A DNA stretch of 64,000 bases from PVC group bacterium (GTDB lineage Bacteria > Omnitrophota > Gorgyraeia > B26-G9), in assembly GCA_024231215.1 (NCBI GenBank), contig JAAEQR010000072.1, forward strand, positions 65,210 through 129,209, read 5' to 3'. Both the position numbers and the translations under genes were made by a program. Shown piece after piece: positions 63,255 to 64,000 of the stretch. How positions within the stretch are numbered: the first letter of the stretch is position 1; every line of letters starts with the position of its first letter. The notes beneath the pieces were generated by a model that was not told the DNA's origin, made no database searches, and worked only from the letters and a program-made list of their open reading frames with translations.

Positions 63255-64000
63255 ATGTTAATCTATTTTTTATACAGAATAGCACAATGGCTTGCCTGGA
63301 ATCTTCCAATTCGTGTAGGATATCGTATCGCCGATTTTTTTACATGGATAAAGTTTTTTTTTGCAGGAAAAGAACGCACTTTTATAAATAATAATTTAAA
63401 GATAATTTTAGGGGAGAATAATCCTAAAATTAAAAAAGATGTTTGGTGTGTATACAGCAATTTTGGCAAATATTTAATTGATTTTTTCCGTTCCGGAAAA
63501 ATGAACAAGCAGTTCATTGACAGATTTGTAAAAGTTGATAAATTAGAATATATGGATGAAGCTTTAAGCCGGGGCAAAGGGGCAATCGGACTTACCGCAC
63601 ATCTTGGCAATTGGGAGCTTTGTGCACAAATCCTTGGGGTGCTGGGATATAAAATGAACGCAATTGCTTTGACTCACCAGAATGAAAAGATTAATGATTT
63701 TTTCAACTATCAAAGAGAGCTTAGCGGTATTAAAGTTGTTCCGGTAGGGATTAGTGTTCGCCGGTGTTTTGCTGCTTTAAAACGTAATGAGATTGTGGGG
63801 ATCCTGGGGGATCGTGATTTTTCCGGAGCTAATGGTATTTTTATGGATTTTTTGGGAAAGCAAATGCTTATACCACGTGGACCGGCAGTATTGAGTTTGA
63901 GGACAGGCGCTGCTATTGTTCCGGCATTTGTAGTTCGGGATGAGCAGGATGAGCGTTGTTTTAAATATATTTTTGAGAAACCTATTTATCCGCAGAAAAC
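63255..64000 (+). CDS. lipid A biosynthesis acyltransferase (LpxL/HtrB/MsbB family), 3'-partial at window end
   Basis: MLIYFLYRIAQWLAWNLPIRVGYRIADFF... N-terminus and TAHLGNWELCAQ (HX4E/D) motif. Runs off the window. The antisense ORF 63263-63610 is spurious. Confidence 0.7.
   Translation, partial: MLIYFLYRIAQWLAWNLPIRVGYRIADFFTWIKFFFAGKERTFINNNLKIILGENNPKIKKDVWCVYSNFGKYLIDFFRSGKMNKQFIDRFVKVDKLEYMDEALSRGKGAIGLTAHLGNWELCAQILGVLGYKMNAIALTHQNEKINDFFNYQRELSGIKVVPVGISVRRCFAALKRNEIVGILGDRDFSGANGIFMDFLGKQMLIPRGPAVLSLRTGAAIVPAFVVRDEQDERCFKYIFEKPIYPQK

Noticed and set aside
63263-63610. 115-aa minus-strand ORF at the window end
   Set aside because: Fully overlaps the + strand LpxL-family gene (clear family motifs, runs to the window edge). 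The antisense product is low-complexity.

Overview
This 64-kb window is low-GC (~37-38%) chromosomal DNA from a diderm bacterium: it carries LPS genes (waaA/kdtA, lpxL-like), an OmpA/Pal-like lipoprotein and the Tat system. No rRNA, tRNA, CRISPR, IS or prophage signals were seen; the density of gene-specific detail here reflects how much of the window I could read confidently, not an exhaustive domain search. Most of the window is tightly packed housekeeping operons: topA-xerC-waaA, a complete biotin operon bioB-F-H-C-D-A, rlmN, recJ, mscS-yggT-trkH, a siroheme-dependent (Ahb) heme module hemB-ahbC/D-ahbA-ahbB-hemL, tatA-tatC-tatA', rlmI, tsaD, ctpA and gatCAB. Three regions stand out. (1) 15.9-24.8 kb holds a 1,997-aa gene whose product I read as a Sec-signal-peptide-bearing fusion of a complete PGM1-like alpha-D-phosphohexomutase and a complete phosphoglucose-isomerase-like SIS module. 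It converges on a 781-aa TreT-like GT4 glycosyltransferase that carries an N-terminal extension and a signal peptide homologous to the giant protein's ('IIQxFL....SFA'). The GT gene is bracketed by two copies of a ~65-bp direct repeat containing a terminator hairpin. I cannot place this three-enzyme, apparently exported glucose-phosphate/NDP-glucose module in any described system. (2) 43.9-56.1 kb looks like a lipid-type biosynthetic locus. It contains fabG, ACP, a PlsC-like acyltransferase, an SRPBCC::acyl-ACP-reductase (cyanobacterial AAR-like) fusion, an inactive-KS/active-KS (CLF-like) pair, a SAM methyltransferase and a nitroreductase, interleaved with two paralogous multi-TM histidine kinases and a CheY-like receiver. 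The product is unknown; fatty-aldehyde or ether-lipid chemistry is a hypothesis. (3) 57.7-61.2 kb holds three consecutive HD-GYP (c-di-GMP phosphodiesterase-type) genes, including a tandem-duplicated receiver-HD-GYP pair. Several sub-60-aa or regulatory elements that the ORF track misses are also called: a second tatA, a 27-aa very basic ORF with a strong SD, a BirA-operator-like inverted repeat over the bioB promoter, and a palindromic operator downstream of a consensus sigma70 promoter upstream of fabG. Any guess at the organism (for example an Omnitrophota-like lineage, which is known for giant genes) is speculation.
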